From: Alphaproteobacteria bacterium
GTDB lineage: Bacteria; Pseudomonadota; Alphaproteobacteria; UBA7887
Reading direction: 5' to 3'
DNA length: 64,000 nucleotides
Assembly (NCBI GenBank): GCA_965216755.1
Contig: CBDCGL010000011.1
Coordinates: 2,656,001-2,720,000, forward strand
Both the position numbers and the translations under genes were made by a program. Below, one piece after another: positions 1 to 9,469 of the stretch (position 1 is its first letter; each line of letters opens with the position of its first letter). The notes under the pieces were generated by a model. The model was not told where the DNA came from and did not search any database. It saw only the letters and a program-made list of their open reading frames with translations.

Positions 1-211
1 TGGCGCGCGCGGCACAATCGTCAAACGACACCCAAAGCTTAGGCCCGAAGCGCGGTGTTCTTGAAGCGAATTCCCGGGGCATCTGGCATGCTTTGGTTCA
101 GCCCCCCGGGTCGCCGTGCTAAGCGTTTCGCAGAATTGTGATTTTGGCATCGGCGTCGAATCCCCATATCAACGATACAGGCACCATCATGACCATCATC
201 GGGCCCGTGAC

Positions 212-1090
212 ATGCGCATTAAGTTGAGGCCGTCCCTTTCCCGCCGGCGCCTGCTGCGCGCCGGCGCGGCGGCGACCCTTATAGCGCCGCTGGGCGCGTT
301 CCGGTCTTTGAGTGGCGCTTTCGCGCCGTCGGCCGAGCTTTGGGATCGTTGGCTGGCCCACGACGAAGGCAATGACATCGAACCAAGCATGGCCGCTTGG
401 GATGATCTGCTTGGCCGTTACGTGCGCGCCAGTGCCCAGGGGCCGACCCTGTTCGACTATGGCGCGGTGACCGCGGCAGACCGCGATACGATCAAGCGTT
501 TCGTCGCCGAGCTCAGCGCGGCTCCAATGAGCGCGCTCGCCCGGCGCGCGCAGTTGCCTTGTTGGGTCAATCTGTACAACGCGCTGACCGTCGACGTTGT
601 CTTGGACAGCTATCCGGTCGCCAGCATCCGCGATATCGACATTTCGCCGGGTTTGTTCGCCAACGGCCCGTGGGACAAACAGTTGGCCGAGGTGGAAAGC
701 GAAGCGGTCACCCTGAACGACATCGAGCATCGGATCCTGCGACCGATTTGGCGCGATCCCCGCGTCCACTACGTGCTCAACTGTGCATCGATCGGCTGCC
801 CCAATCTTGCCCCCAACGCGTTTTTTGGCGAAACCATGGACGCCGCCATGGACCGGGCCGCGCAGGCCTTTATCAACGATCCGCGCGGCGTCATGGTGCG
901 CGACGGCCGGATATCGGTTTCCAGCATCTATGACTGGTTTATCGAGGATTTCGGCGGCGACGAGGCCGGTGTGTTGGCCCATCTGCGCCGCTATGCCGCA
1001 CCGGACCTCGGCGTGCAACTCGACGCCATCGGCACGCTTCACACCACCCACTATGACTGGCGCCTGAACGACACCAAACTGACCGACTAA
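212..1090 (+). CDS. DUF547-domain protein with twin-arginine (Tat) signal
   Basis: SRRRLL + hydrophobic stretch; motifs WVNLYNA, LNDIEHRILR, DPRVHYVLNCASIGCP, SSIYDWF, YDWRLND; start moved to ATG 212. Confidence 0.85.
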   Translation: MRIKLRPSLSRRRLLRAGAAATLIAPLGAFRSLSGAFAPSAELWDRWLAHDEGNDIEPSMAAWDDLLGRYVRASAQGPTLFDYGAVTAADRDTIKRFVAELSAAPMSALARRAQLPCWVNLYNALTVDVVLDSYPVASIRDIDISPGLFANGPWDKQLAEVESEAVTLNDIEHRILRPIWRDPRVHYVLNCASIGCPNLAPNAFFGETMDAAMDRAAQAFINDPRGVMVRDGRISVSSIYDWFIEDFGGDEAGVLAHLRRYAAPDLGVQLDAIGTLHTTHYDWRLNDTKLTD

Positions 1091-1179
1091 CCGCACCCGA
1101 ACACCGCGCCGATTGCCTGAAAAAACGCTCTGACGTACGCTCCCTGTTGCACAAGGGCCGCGCGGCCTTGGGGGACGGC

Positions 1180-4100
1180 GTGACGAACGCTGGGCAAATA
1201 AAACAAAGACTTGCGGCGATTATGGCCGCGGATGTCGCGGGCTATTCGCGCCTGATGGCGGCCGACGAGGCGGCGACAATCGCCATGCTCGACGCTGCCC
1301 GCGCGGTGTTTCGTAGCCAGATCGCCGATCACGGCGGCCGCGTTGTCGACATGGCCGGCGATTCCGTCCTGGCGGTGTTTGACAGCGTGGTCAGCGCCAC
1401 CCGCGCCGCAACGGCTGTGCAACAGGTCCTTGGCCAAAATGGAAACGCGCGGCCCGAGGATCGCCGGATGCGTTTCCGGATCGGCGTGAATCTGGGCGAG
1501 ATCCACGAAAAAGACGATGGCACCATCTATGGCGATGGGGTCAATGTCGCCGCGCGATTGGAGGCGCTCGCCGACCCGGGCGGGGTGATGTTGTCGGACG
1601 ATGCGTTTCGTCAAGTCGATGGCAAGGTGGAATTGGCCTTTGCCGACGCCGGCAGCCATGCGGTCAAAAACATCGCCAAACCGGTGCGCGCCTATCGGGT
1701 CGTTCTGGACGGCGCCACTGCGCCGAAACCTAAACGCAAAATCACGGCGCTGACCGCCGCCCTCGCCCTCCTGATCGTCGCGGTGGCAGGCGGCGGCGCG
1801 TGGTTTTGGCAACGAAATACCGAGGAGCCCGCCGTCACAACATCGAACGGCGCCGCTCCGGCTGGTCCAACACGGCAGGAACACGAAGCGTCCGTCGCCG
1901 TGTTGCCATTTCAAAACCTGACCACCGATCCCGCCTACGCGTTTTTGGCCGACGGCTTGCACGAAAACATCATCTCAACATTGTCCCAAGCGCGCCGATT
2001 GTTCGTGCCGGCGCGGTTCTCCACGTTGCAGTTTAGAGAGCCCGATGCCGACGTCGGCCTGATCGCGCAAACTCTCGGCGTCGCCCATATTTTGGAAGGT
2101 AGCGTTCAAGTGGCCGGCAACCGGGTGCGCATTATTATGCAGCTGATTGATGGCACGACCGGCGGTCATGTCTGGACCGAACGCTACGACCGTCCACTGG
2201 AAGATATTTTCGCGCTGCAAGACGAGATCACTTTGGAGGTGGTCAACGCCCTGCAAGTGCAACTCACCGAAGGCAGCCAGGCCGCCCGCTGGCGCGGCGG
2301 CACCACCAAGATCGACGCCTGGGCAAAATGGCAACAAGGCGTGACGTTGTATCGGAATTTCTCCGAACCGGACAACGCACGCGCGCGGGACTTGTTTGCG
2401 GAGGCCGTGGACATTGATCCGGAATTCGCGCTTGGTTGGACCTATCTCGGTTTTGCCGAAGAGTCGGCCTATCGGTTTGGCTGGAGCGACGATTCCGGAC
2501 GCCTCGCACGGGCGCGCGAATATGCGGACAAGGCCTTGGCCCTCCAAGATTCGCTTGCCGTGGCTTACAATTTGCGCGCGATCGTCCATCTCACGTCCGA
2601 CGAACATCAAGCCGCCGTCGAAGCGAGCCGCCGCGCGATCGAGGTCGATCCAGGTGGCTCGTTGGCGCACGCCATCCGCGCCGTCACGTTGATGGCCGTC
2701 GGCGACTATCAGGCCGCGCTGGCGGCAAGCGACGAGGCGTTTCGGCTCAGCCCCGTGCACCCGCATTGGTACCTGTTGGACAGAGGACACGTGCTGCTCC
2801 TGTCCGGACGAATAGACGAGGCCATGGCTCTGTTAGAGCAATACACGTCGCGGGTGCCGACCGATGACGATGGCGCCCATCTGCTGGCCATCGCCACCGC
2901 CAAAAGCGGCCGCCGCGACGAGGCCAAAGCCGCCGTCGTGCGCCTTACGAAGAGATTGCCGGGCTATTCCATCGACCTCGTCCGACGCCATGGCGAACGG
3001 GCCTGGGCCTATCAGGACCCGGCCGTCCTCGAAAGCCATCTTGACGCATTGCGCAGCCTGGGCGTGCCCGAGCATCCGCCCGGCGCGGCGGCGACGCGAC
3101 CGTCAATTGCTGTGCTACCGTTTGACAATCTGTCGGGCGATCCGGAACAGGATTATTTTGCCGCCGGGCTCACCGACGAGATCATTACCGAACTGGGGCG
3201 ATTCAATGGGGTCGCCGTGGTGCCGTATGCTGGCGCAAATAGTGGCGCGCGCGCAATCGGCCAAGAAACCAATACGGCTTTCGTGGTCAATGGCAGCGTG
3301 CGCAAGGCCGCCGACACGATCAAGGTCGCCGTTCGTTTGCTAGAATCTCAAAGTGGCGCGCAACGCTGGGCAGAAACCTACGAAAATGATTTGAAGGCGG
3401 CGGATCTTTTGGATCTGCAATACGATATCGCGCAACAGATTGTCGCAACTTTGGCCGATACGTACGGCGTGCTCAGTCAAATCGGCTTGGAGACGGTTCG
3501 AAAAAAGGGCGCGGACAGCCTTCAAGCCTATGAGTGCATTTTACGGGACAATGAGTATCGGCGCGCCAACACGCCAGAGACGCATTTGATCGCGAGAACT
3601 TGCTTGGAACACGTGGTCACGGCGGAATCGAACTTCGCGGAAGCCTGGGCACGACTGTCACATGCGTACGTGGTTGAATTCGCGCAAGGATTCAATGCCC
3701 GACCAAATCCCAGCGAAGCCCTTCAACAGGGCTACGAGGCCGCCCAACAAGCGATTGCGCTCGATCGCACCGGCGAGGTTGGCTATCTCGCATTGGCGCG
3801 CGCCCTGTTCTTTCAGCGCGAACCGGAGCGTTTCCTCGCGGCCGCGGAAACGGCCGTCGATCTAAATCCCAACAACGCGGACGTGATTGGAACCATCGGT
3901 CAATATGTCGCCAACGCAGGCCATTGGGATCGCGGTTTAGCACTCATGCGAACGGCTATGACGCTGAGTCCGTTTCACCCCAGATGGTACCATATTCCAT
4001 TCATCATAAATCACTACCGCAAAGGGGAATACCAACAGGTCGTCAACTACGCCGCGCGCGCCAACATCGAGTCTTCCTGGGCGTTGGCGGCATCATTGGC

Positions 4101-4281
4101 AAGACTAGGCCGGATGGAAGAAGCCGAACAAATGGTCGCAAAACTCGTGCGCGATCGGCCGGACCTGGCAAGGACCGCCGGACCCGAACTTAAGAAATGG
4201 TACTATTCGGAGGCACTGGCAAATGACCTTTTGCAGGGCTTGCGGCTGGCCGGCCTGGCCGTTGCTGAGCCAAGCAATTAG
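1180..4281 (+). CDS. Class III nucleotide cyclase - TM - TolB_N - TPR - TolB_N - TPR protein (paralogue A)
   Basis: LAAIMAADVAGYSRLM, GDSVLAVF, FRIGVNLG, YGDGVNVAARLE; KPKRK then TM; two S(V/I)AVLPF.NL modules followed by TPR-like repeats; GTG start at 1180 assumed. Confidence 0.9.
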   Translation: MTNAGQIKQRLAAIMAADVAGYSRLMAADEAATIAMLDAARAVFRSQIADHGGRVVDMAGDSVLAVFDSVVSATRAATAVQQVLGQNGNARPEDRRMRFRIGVNLGEIHEKDDGTIYGDGVNVAARLEALADPGGVMLSDDAFRQVDGKVELAFADAGSHAVKNIAKPVRAYRVVLDGATAPKPKRKITALTAALALLIVAVAGGGAWFWQRNTEEPAVTTSNGAAPAGPTRQEHEASVAVLPFQNLTTDPAYAFLADGLHENIISTLSQARRLFVPARFSTLQFREPDADVGLIAQTLGVAHILEGSVQVAGNRVRIIMQLIDGTTGGHVWTERYDRPLEDIFALQDEITLEVVNALQVQLTEGSQAARWRGGTTKIDAWAKWQQGVTLYRNFSEPDNARARDLFAEAVDIDPEFALGWTYLGFAEESAYRFGWSDDSGRLARAREYADKALALQDSLAVAYNLRAIVHLTSDEHQAAVEASRRAIEVDPGGSLAHAIRAVTLMAVGDYQAALAASDEAFRLSPVHPHWYLLDRGHVLLLSGRIDEAMALLEQYTSRVPTDDDGAHLLAIATAKSGRRDEAKAAVVRLTKRLPGYSIDLVRRHGERAWAYQDPAVLESHLDALRSLGVPEHPPGAAATRPSIAVLPFDNLSGDPEQDYFAAGLTDEIITELGRFNGVAVVPYAGANSGARAIGQETNTAFVVNGSVRKAADTIKVAVRLLESQSGAQRWAETYENDLKAADLLDLQYDIAQQIVATLADTYGVLSQIGLETVRKKGADSLQAYECILRDNEYRRANTPETHLIARTCLEHVVTAESNFAEAWARLSHAYVVEFAQGFNARPNPSEALQQGYEAAQQAIALDRTGEVGYLALARALFFQREPERFLAAAETAVDLNPNNADVIGTIGQYVANAGHWDRGLALMRTAMTLSPFHPRWYHIPFIINHYRKGEYQQVVNYAARANIESSWALAASLARLGRMEEAEQMVAKLVRDRPDLARTAGPELKKWYYSEALANDLLQGLRLAGLAVAEPSN
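3071..3325 (+). repeat. Linker + second TolB_N module shared by A and B (other copy ~6176-6430)
   Basis: HPPGAAATRPSIAVLPFDNLSGDPEQDYFAAGLTDEIITELGRFNG...AFVVNGSVRKAADTI near-identical in both, with high DNA identity. Confidence 0.85.
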
Positions 4282-4287
4282 CGTGTG

Positions 4288-4853
4288 ATGAGTGCCCCCG
4301 ATCAATCCCGCAAACTGGCCGCGATATTGGCCGCCGATGTGGTCGGTTATTCGCGTTTGATGGCCGCCGATGAAGCGGCAACAGTGCGCGCACTGAACGC
4401 CGCGCGCGATGTGTTTCGCGATCGAATCACGCACCACGGCGGCCGATTGATCGATACCGCCGGCGACAGTGTCTTGGCGGAATTCCGCAGCGTGGTTGAG
4501 GCCGTGCGTTGCGCCGTCGCGGTCCAGGATACGATTAGCGCGCAAAATACCGATGTCGCCGACGACCGCAAAATGCGGTTTCGTATCGGCGTCAATTTGG
4601 GCGACATCATCGAGCAAGACGACGGCACGATCTATGGCGATGGGGTCAATGTCGCCGCGCGGTTGGAAGCCCTCGCCGACCCGGGCGGGGTGATGTTGTC
4701 GGACGACGCCTTTCGCCAAGTCGACGGCAAGGTCGATTTGGCCTTTGCCGACGCCGGCAGCCATGTGGTTAAAAACATCGCCAAGCCGGTGCGCGCCTAT
4801 CGGGTCGTGTTGGCCGGCACCGCCGCGCCCAAGGCCAAACGCAAAGTCGTCCC
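4288..4853 (+). repeat. Dispersed direct repeat copy 1 (cyclase domain of B); copy 2 at 7398-7963
   Basis: About 20 mostly synonymous differences over 566 bp; 4642-4853 is identical to 7752-7963 (212 bp); more diverged copy in A (~1465-1745). Confidence 0.9.
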
Positions 4854-7401
4854 GCTGGCCGCGGCCCTCGCCCTTCTGATCGCCGTGGTGGCGGCCGGCG
4901 GATGGTATTGGGCGCAGAGCAGGCCCACCGTCGAGGCGGACACGGCATCGGTCGAGCGCATGGCCTTTCCGTTGCCGGACAAACCATCGATCGTCGTGCT
5001 GCCGCTCGACAGTTTCGGAGCGGGTCCCGAATTGGAGAGGCTTGCAGACGGGTTGAGCGAAAACATCACCGCTTCGCTGTCCCATATTCGCGGATTGTTC
5101 GTCGTCGCACGAAACTCCGCATTCACCTATAAGGACAGGGCGGTCAAGGTCCAACAAGTCGCAGAGGAACTAGGCGTACGCTATGTGCTGGAAGGGAGTC
5201 TCCAGGCCGCGGGTGACAAACTACGCGTGACCGCTCAACTCATCGATGCGCTCAGCGGCGACCATGTGTGGAGCGACCGATACGACCGTGCCGCAACGGA
5301 TATTTTTGAAGTCCAGGACGATATCACGCTCAATTTGGTTAACGCCCTTCAGGTCGCGTTAACGGAAGGCACCCATGCGGCCTCTTGGCTTCAGGCAAGC
5401 AGCCATAATCTGGAGGCTTGGCGACTATTCTGGCAGGGCTATGATTTGTACTGGCAGTTTACGCCCGACGGCAATGCGCGGGCGCGCGAGCTGTTCGAAA
5501 AAGCTGTGGCGCTTGATCCCGGGTTTCAAATTGCCGCGGCCTATATCGGATGGACTCACGCTTTGGCGGCGAACCGAGGATATAGTGGATCGCGCGACGA
5601 GTCACTCACCCTAGCCGAATCGATCGCCCGCCGCCTGATGTCTATAGACGAACCCACGGCGTGGGGATACGACCTTCTAGGCTGGATCTTGGTCAGGCGC
5701 GGCGAGTATGATCTCGGCATTGAACAGACCGAGCGTGCTCTGGCGCTGAGCCCAAATGACGCGGACATTTTGGGTGCGTTGGCTGAAAACCTTCTTCTTG
5801 CCGGCCGCTACGATGATGCGCTTACGCGCATTCGCGAGGCCATGCGCCTTAATCCGTACTACCCGCCCTATCTTCTCGATGTGCTTGCCGACATCCTCCG
5901 GCTAACGGGGCGTTACGAGGACGCGATCGCCGCCGCCGAGGAGGCACTGCCACGCTATCCGGAAAGTGAGGTCGAGCCGCTGCTGTACATTGTCTACGCG
6001 AATATGAAGCTCGGCAAGCAGGCCGAGGCACGCACGGGTGTTACGGAATTGTTGCGGCGTGATCCGACTTTCTCCGTAGCTACAGGCAAGCCCAAGATAG
6101 CCCAGCGTCAACCGTATCGGGACCCGGAGGTCCTCAATGAGCTTTTTGCAGCTTTGTCGGCGGCGGGTCTGCCAAAGCATCCACCCGGCGCGGCAGCGAC
6201 GCGACCGTCAATTGCCGTGCTACCGTTTGACAATCTCTCGGGTGATCCGGAACAGGACTATTTCGCCGCGGGGCTCACCGACGAGATCATTACCGAACTG
6301 GGGCGGTTCAACGGAATCGCCGTCGTGCCTTACGCCGGTGCAAATAGCGACGCGCGCGCAATCGGCGAGGAGACCAGCACGGCATTTGTGGTTAATGGCA
6401 GCGTGCGCAAGGCCGCCGACACGATCAGGGTGACGACGCAGCTTATCGACGCCGTTACTGGTGCCCATCTGTGGGCGGAGACCTATGAGCGCGCCCTCAC
6501 CGCCGCCAATATGTTCGCGGTCCAGGATGAGGTAACGCAAATGATCGTTGCCACACTAGCAGACGCACATGGCATCATCAACAGAGCTGGATTGGAAGCG
6601 GCGAAACTGAAGCGAACCCAGAGTCTCGAGGTGTATGACTGCATCCTCCGCGACAACGCGTATCGTCGTATGGACACACCGCAGACCCATTTCACAGCGC
6701 GAGCCTGTCTGGAACGGGCGGTCGAACTCGACCCCGGCTACGCGGAGACATGGGCGCGACTCTCTCATGCCTATGTCACGGAATATTCCGAGGCTCACAA
6801 TCCGCGCCCCGATTTGTACGACGCCCTGGAGCGCGGTCACGAGGCCGCCCAGCGCGCGGTGGAACTGGATCCGGTCAACGAAGTGGCCCGACTAGCGCTC
6901 GCGCGCGCATACTTTTTCCGACACGAACCAGAGCAATTTTTCAACGAGGCCGGGCGGGCCGTCGAACTGAATCCGAACAATGCCGACGTGATCGGCACGA
7001 TCGGCATGTACTCGGCCTATGCCGGCAAATGGGAACGCGGCCTGGCGTTGCTCGAGCAAGCCATGACGCTGAGTCCATTCTATCCGGGATGGTATCATTT
7101 CCCTGACTTCTTCGACCAATACCGCAAGGGCGAATACGAGGCAGCCCTCGCGGTCGCACAGAAGATCAACATGCCAGACCACATTAGGGCGCACGCGTTG
7201 CTGGCCGCTGCTTACGGCCAGCTCGAACGAGCCGACGACGCTCGGCCCCACATTGAGCGGATCCTCGCCCTCGATCCCAACTTTGAACTGACGGCACGCG
7301 AAAATCGACGGAAGTTCTTCCACTACCAGGAGGACCTACTGGACCGGTACATGGACGGTCTGCGCAAGGCGGGGTTGGCGATCCCGGAAGAAAGCCAATG
7401 A
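4288..7401 (+). CDS. Class III nucleotide cyclase - TM - TolB_N - TPR - TolB_N - TPR protein (paralogue B)
   Basis: Same cyclase motifs, TM, PLPDKPSIVVLP and SIAVLPFDNLSGDPEQDYF modules, repeats such as ALSPNDA, AMRLNPY, ELNPNNA. Confidence 0.9.
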   Translation: MSAPDQSRKLAAILAADVVGYSRLMAADEAATVRALNAARDVFRDRITHHGGRLIDTAGDSVLAEFRSVVEAVRCAVAVQDTISAQNTDVADDRKMRFRIGVNLGDIIEQDDGTIYGDGVNVAARLEALADPGGVMLSDDAFRQVDGKVDLAFADAGSHVVKNIAKPVRAYRVVLAGTAAPKAKRKVVPLAAALALLIAVVAAGGWYWAQSRPTVEADTASVERMAFPLPDKPSIVVLPLDSFGAGPELERLADGLSENITASLSHIRGLFVVARNSAFTYKDRAVKVQQVAEELGVRYVLEGSLQAAGDKLRVTAQLIDALSGDHVWSDRYDRAATDIFEVQDDITLNLVNALQVALTEGTHAASWLQASSHNLEAWRLFWQGYDLYWQFTPDGNARARELFEKAVALDPGFQIAAAYIGWTHALAANRGYSGSRDESLTLAESIARRLMSIDEPTAWGYDLLGWILVRRGEYDLGIEQTERALALSPNDADILGALAENLLLAGRYDDALTRIREAMRLNPYYPPYLLDVLADILRLTGRYEDAIAAAEEALPRYPESEVEPLLYIVYANMKLGKQAEARTGVTELLRRDPTFSVATGKPKIAQRQPYRDPEVLNELFAALSAAGLPKHPPGAAATRPSIAVLPFDNLSGDPEQDYFAAGLTDEIITELGRFNGIAVVPYAGANSDARAIGEETSTAFVVNGSVRKAADTIRVTTQLIDAVTGAHLWAETYERALTAANMFAVQDEVTQMIVATLADAHGIINRAGLEAAKLKRTQSLEVYDCILRDNAYRRMDTPQTHFTARACLERAVELDPGYAETWARLSHAYVTEYSEAHNPRPDLYDALERGHEAAQRAVELDPVNEVARLALARAYFFRHEPEQFFNEAGRAVELNPNNADVIGTIGMYSAYAGKWERGLALLEQAMTLSPFYPGWYHFPDFFDQYRKGEYEAALAVAQKINMPDHIRAHALLAAAYGQLERADDARPHIERILALDPNFELTARENRRKFFHYQEDLLDRYMDGLRKAGLAIPEESQ

Positions 7402-7963
7402 GCGCCCCCGATCAATCCCGCAAACTGGCCGCGATATTGGCCGCCGATGTGGTCGGCTATTCGCGTTTGATGGCCGCCGATGAAGCGGCAACAGTGCGCG
7501 CACTGAACGCCGCGCGCGATGTGTTTCGCGATCGGATCACGCATCACGGCGGCCGCTTGATCGACACAGCCGGCGACAGTGTCTTGGCGGAGTTCCGCAG
7601 TGTGGTTGAGGCCGTGCGTTGCGCCGTCGCGATCCAGGATAAGATTAGCGCGCAAAATACCGATGTTGCCGACGAGCGAAAAATGCGGTTTCGCATCGGT
7701 GTCAATCTGGGCGATATCATCGAACAAGACGACGGCACGATTTATGGCGACGGGGTCAATGTCGCCGCGCGGTTGGAAGCCCTCGCCGACCCGGGCGGGG
7801 TGATGTTGTCGGACGACGCCTTTCGCCAAGTCGACGGCAAGGTCGATTTGGCCTTTGCCGACGCCGGCAGCCATGTGGTTAAAAACATCGCCAAGCCGGT
7901 GCGCGCCTATCGGGTCGTGTTGGCCGGCACCGCCGCGCCCAAGGCCAAACGCAAAGTCGTCCC
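7398..7963 (+). repeat. Dispersed direct repeat copy 2 (cyclase domain of C)
   Basis: Offset 3110 bp from 4288-4853. Confidence 0.9.
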
Positions 7964-9386
7964 ACTGGTCGCAGTCCTCGTTTTGCTGATCGCGGTCGCG
8001 GGCGTCGGATGGTATTGGACGCAGAACAGACCCACCGTCGAGGCGGACACCGCGTCGGTCGACCGCATGGCCTTTCCCTTGCCACAGGAACCATCGATCG
8101 CCGTGCTGCCGTTCGACAATCTGTCAGGCGACGCGGCGCAGGACTTCATCGCCGACGGCTTGTCGGAAAACATTATCTCGGCGCTCAGCCAGGCGCGCGG
8201 CATGCTGGTGATCGCGCGAAATTCCACCTTCACCTACAAGGGCAAGCCGGTGAAGGTGCAGCGGGTCGCCGAAGACCTCGGCGTGCAATATGTGCTGGAA
8301 GGCTCGGTGCAGGTGTCGGGTGATCAGATCCGGGTCACCGCGCAGTTGATCGATGCCTTGACCGGCCGCCACATGCTCAGCGAACGCTATGACCGCGCCC
8401 TTGACGACGTGTTCGCTGTTCAAGACGAGATCACCCTCAACGTGGTCAGCGCATTGCAAGTCGAACTCACCGAGGGCACACAGGCCGTCGCATGGCGCGG
8501 CGGCACGGACAATGTCGAGGCGTGGGCCCTATTCCAACAAGCCTTGATCCTCAGCCGTCGATACACGAAAGAGGACAACACGCTTTCGCGGGAGCTGCTG
8601 CAAAAAGCAGTCGGCCTTGATCCCAGTTTTGCCCTTGCCTGGGTCTATTTGGCTTGGTCTCACTGGAGCGACGCGCGGTTTGGCTGGACCGCGGACTACG
8701 ACGATGCTGTTGACCGCATGGCTTCGGCCGCGACACAAGCCTTCGAAATCGACCCCAACCTACCGGACGTCTACCTCATTCTGGCACGCGTCGCCACCAT
8801 GAAACATCACGATCTTGGTGAAGCCCTTGGCCTTGCCCGGAAAGCGGTCGAGCTTAATCCCAACCACTCGATTGCGATCGCCGAATATGGTGTACAGCTC
8901 AGATACTCCGGGTACCCTGGGCAGGCGATACCCCAATTTCAGAAAGCCATGCGGCTCAGCCCACATTACCCAGCATGGTACGCGAATAGCCTTGCAATAT
9001 CGTACATCGATAACGGCAACTTTGACGCTGCCATTCCTCTAGGCAAGGAGTTTATCGACCGAACGCCCGGTGTTAACACATGGGGCCATGAAACGCTTTT
9101 GATGGCCTATGCGGGCCTGGAACGGCTCAGTGACGCACAAGCCGTTTTGAATCAGGCGCTGGAACGCAATCCGGACTTCTCTATCCAAGAATTACAGAAG
9201 CACTTTGATCGTGAGCCGTTCGACCGAGCCATATGGGAACGACGTGTTGCGCTTTTTCGCAAGGCCGGCGTGCCCGAGCATCCGCCGGGCACAGACAACG
9301 CCGGTCGGCATGACCTGGCGCCGGTGAATCAGGGCCCGGCCCTGGCATCCATGGATATGCTCCAAAATTCATCGATGCGACCTTGA
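7398..9386 (+). CDS. Class III nucleotide cyclase - TM - TolB_N - TPR protein (paralogue C, single sensor module)
   Basis: Same cyclase motifs; 4-bp ATGA overlap with paralogue B; ends shortly after the GVPEHPPG linker. Confidence 0.9.
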   Translation: MSAPDQSRKLAAILAADVVGYSRLMAADEAATVRALNAARDVFRDRITHHGGRLIDTAGDSVLAEFRSVVEAVRCAVAIQDKISAQNTDVADERKMRFRIGVNLGDIIEQDDGTIYGDGVNVAARLEALADPGGVMLSDDAFRQVDGKVDLAFADAGSHVVKNIAKPVRAYRVVLAGTAAPKAKRKVVPLVAVLVLLIAVAGVGWYWTQNRPTVEADTASVDRMAFPLPQEPSIAVLPFDNLSGDAAQDFIADGLSENIISALSQARGMLVIARNSTFTYKGKPVKVQRVAEDLGVQYVLEGSVQVSGDQIRVTAQLIDALTGRHMLSERYDRALDDVFAVQDEITLNVVSALQVELTEGTQAVAWRGGTDNVEAWALFQQALILSRRYTKEDNTLSRELLQKAVGLDPSFALAWVYLAWSHWSDARFGWTADYDDAVDRMASAATQAFEIDPNLPDVYLILARVATMKHHDLGEALGLARKAVELNPNHSIAIAEYGVQLRYSGYPGQAIPQFQKAMRLSPHYPAWYANSLAISYIDNGNFDAAIPLGKEFIDRTPGVNTWGHETLLMAYAGLERLSDAQAVLNQALERNPDFSIQELQKHFDREPFDRAIWERRVALFRKAGVPEHPPGTDNAGRHDLAPVNQGPALASMDMLQNSSMRP

Positions 9387-9469
9387 CTATGGGCTGTGGG
9401 TGGCCTTGAGTCTGTGCGTCGAGGCCCGACTGCGCCCCGGCCCCTCAGCCCAACAATGGATTGCAGACC

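Noticed and set aside
116-211. His-rich N-terminal extension (HHHDHHR) on the DUF547 ORF
   Set aside because: It lies upstream of the Tat signal; the ATG at 212 is the more plausible start
4288-7963. Near-identical repeats as a diversity-generating retroelement TR/VR pair
   Set aside because: No reverse transcriptase; differences are mostly synonymous and not adenine-specific; both copies are 5' coding regions
1180-9386. Canonical Pycsar/CBASS defence system
   Set aside because: The cyclases have the widespread cyclase-TolB_N-TPR architecture and no cNMP-binding TM/TIR or SAVED effector is adjacent
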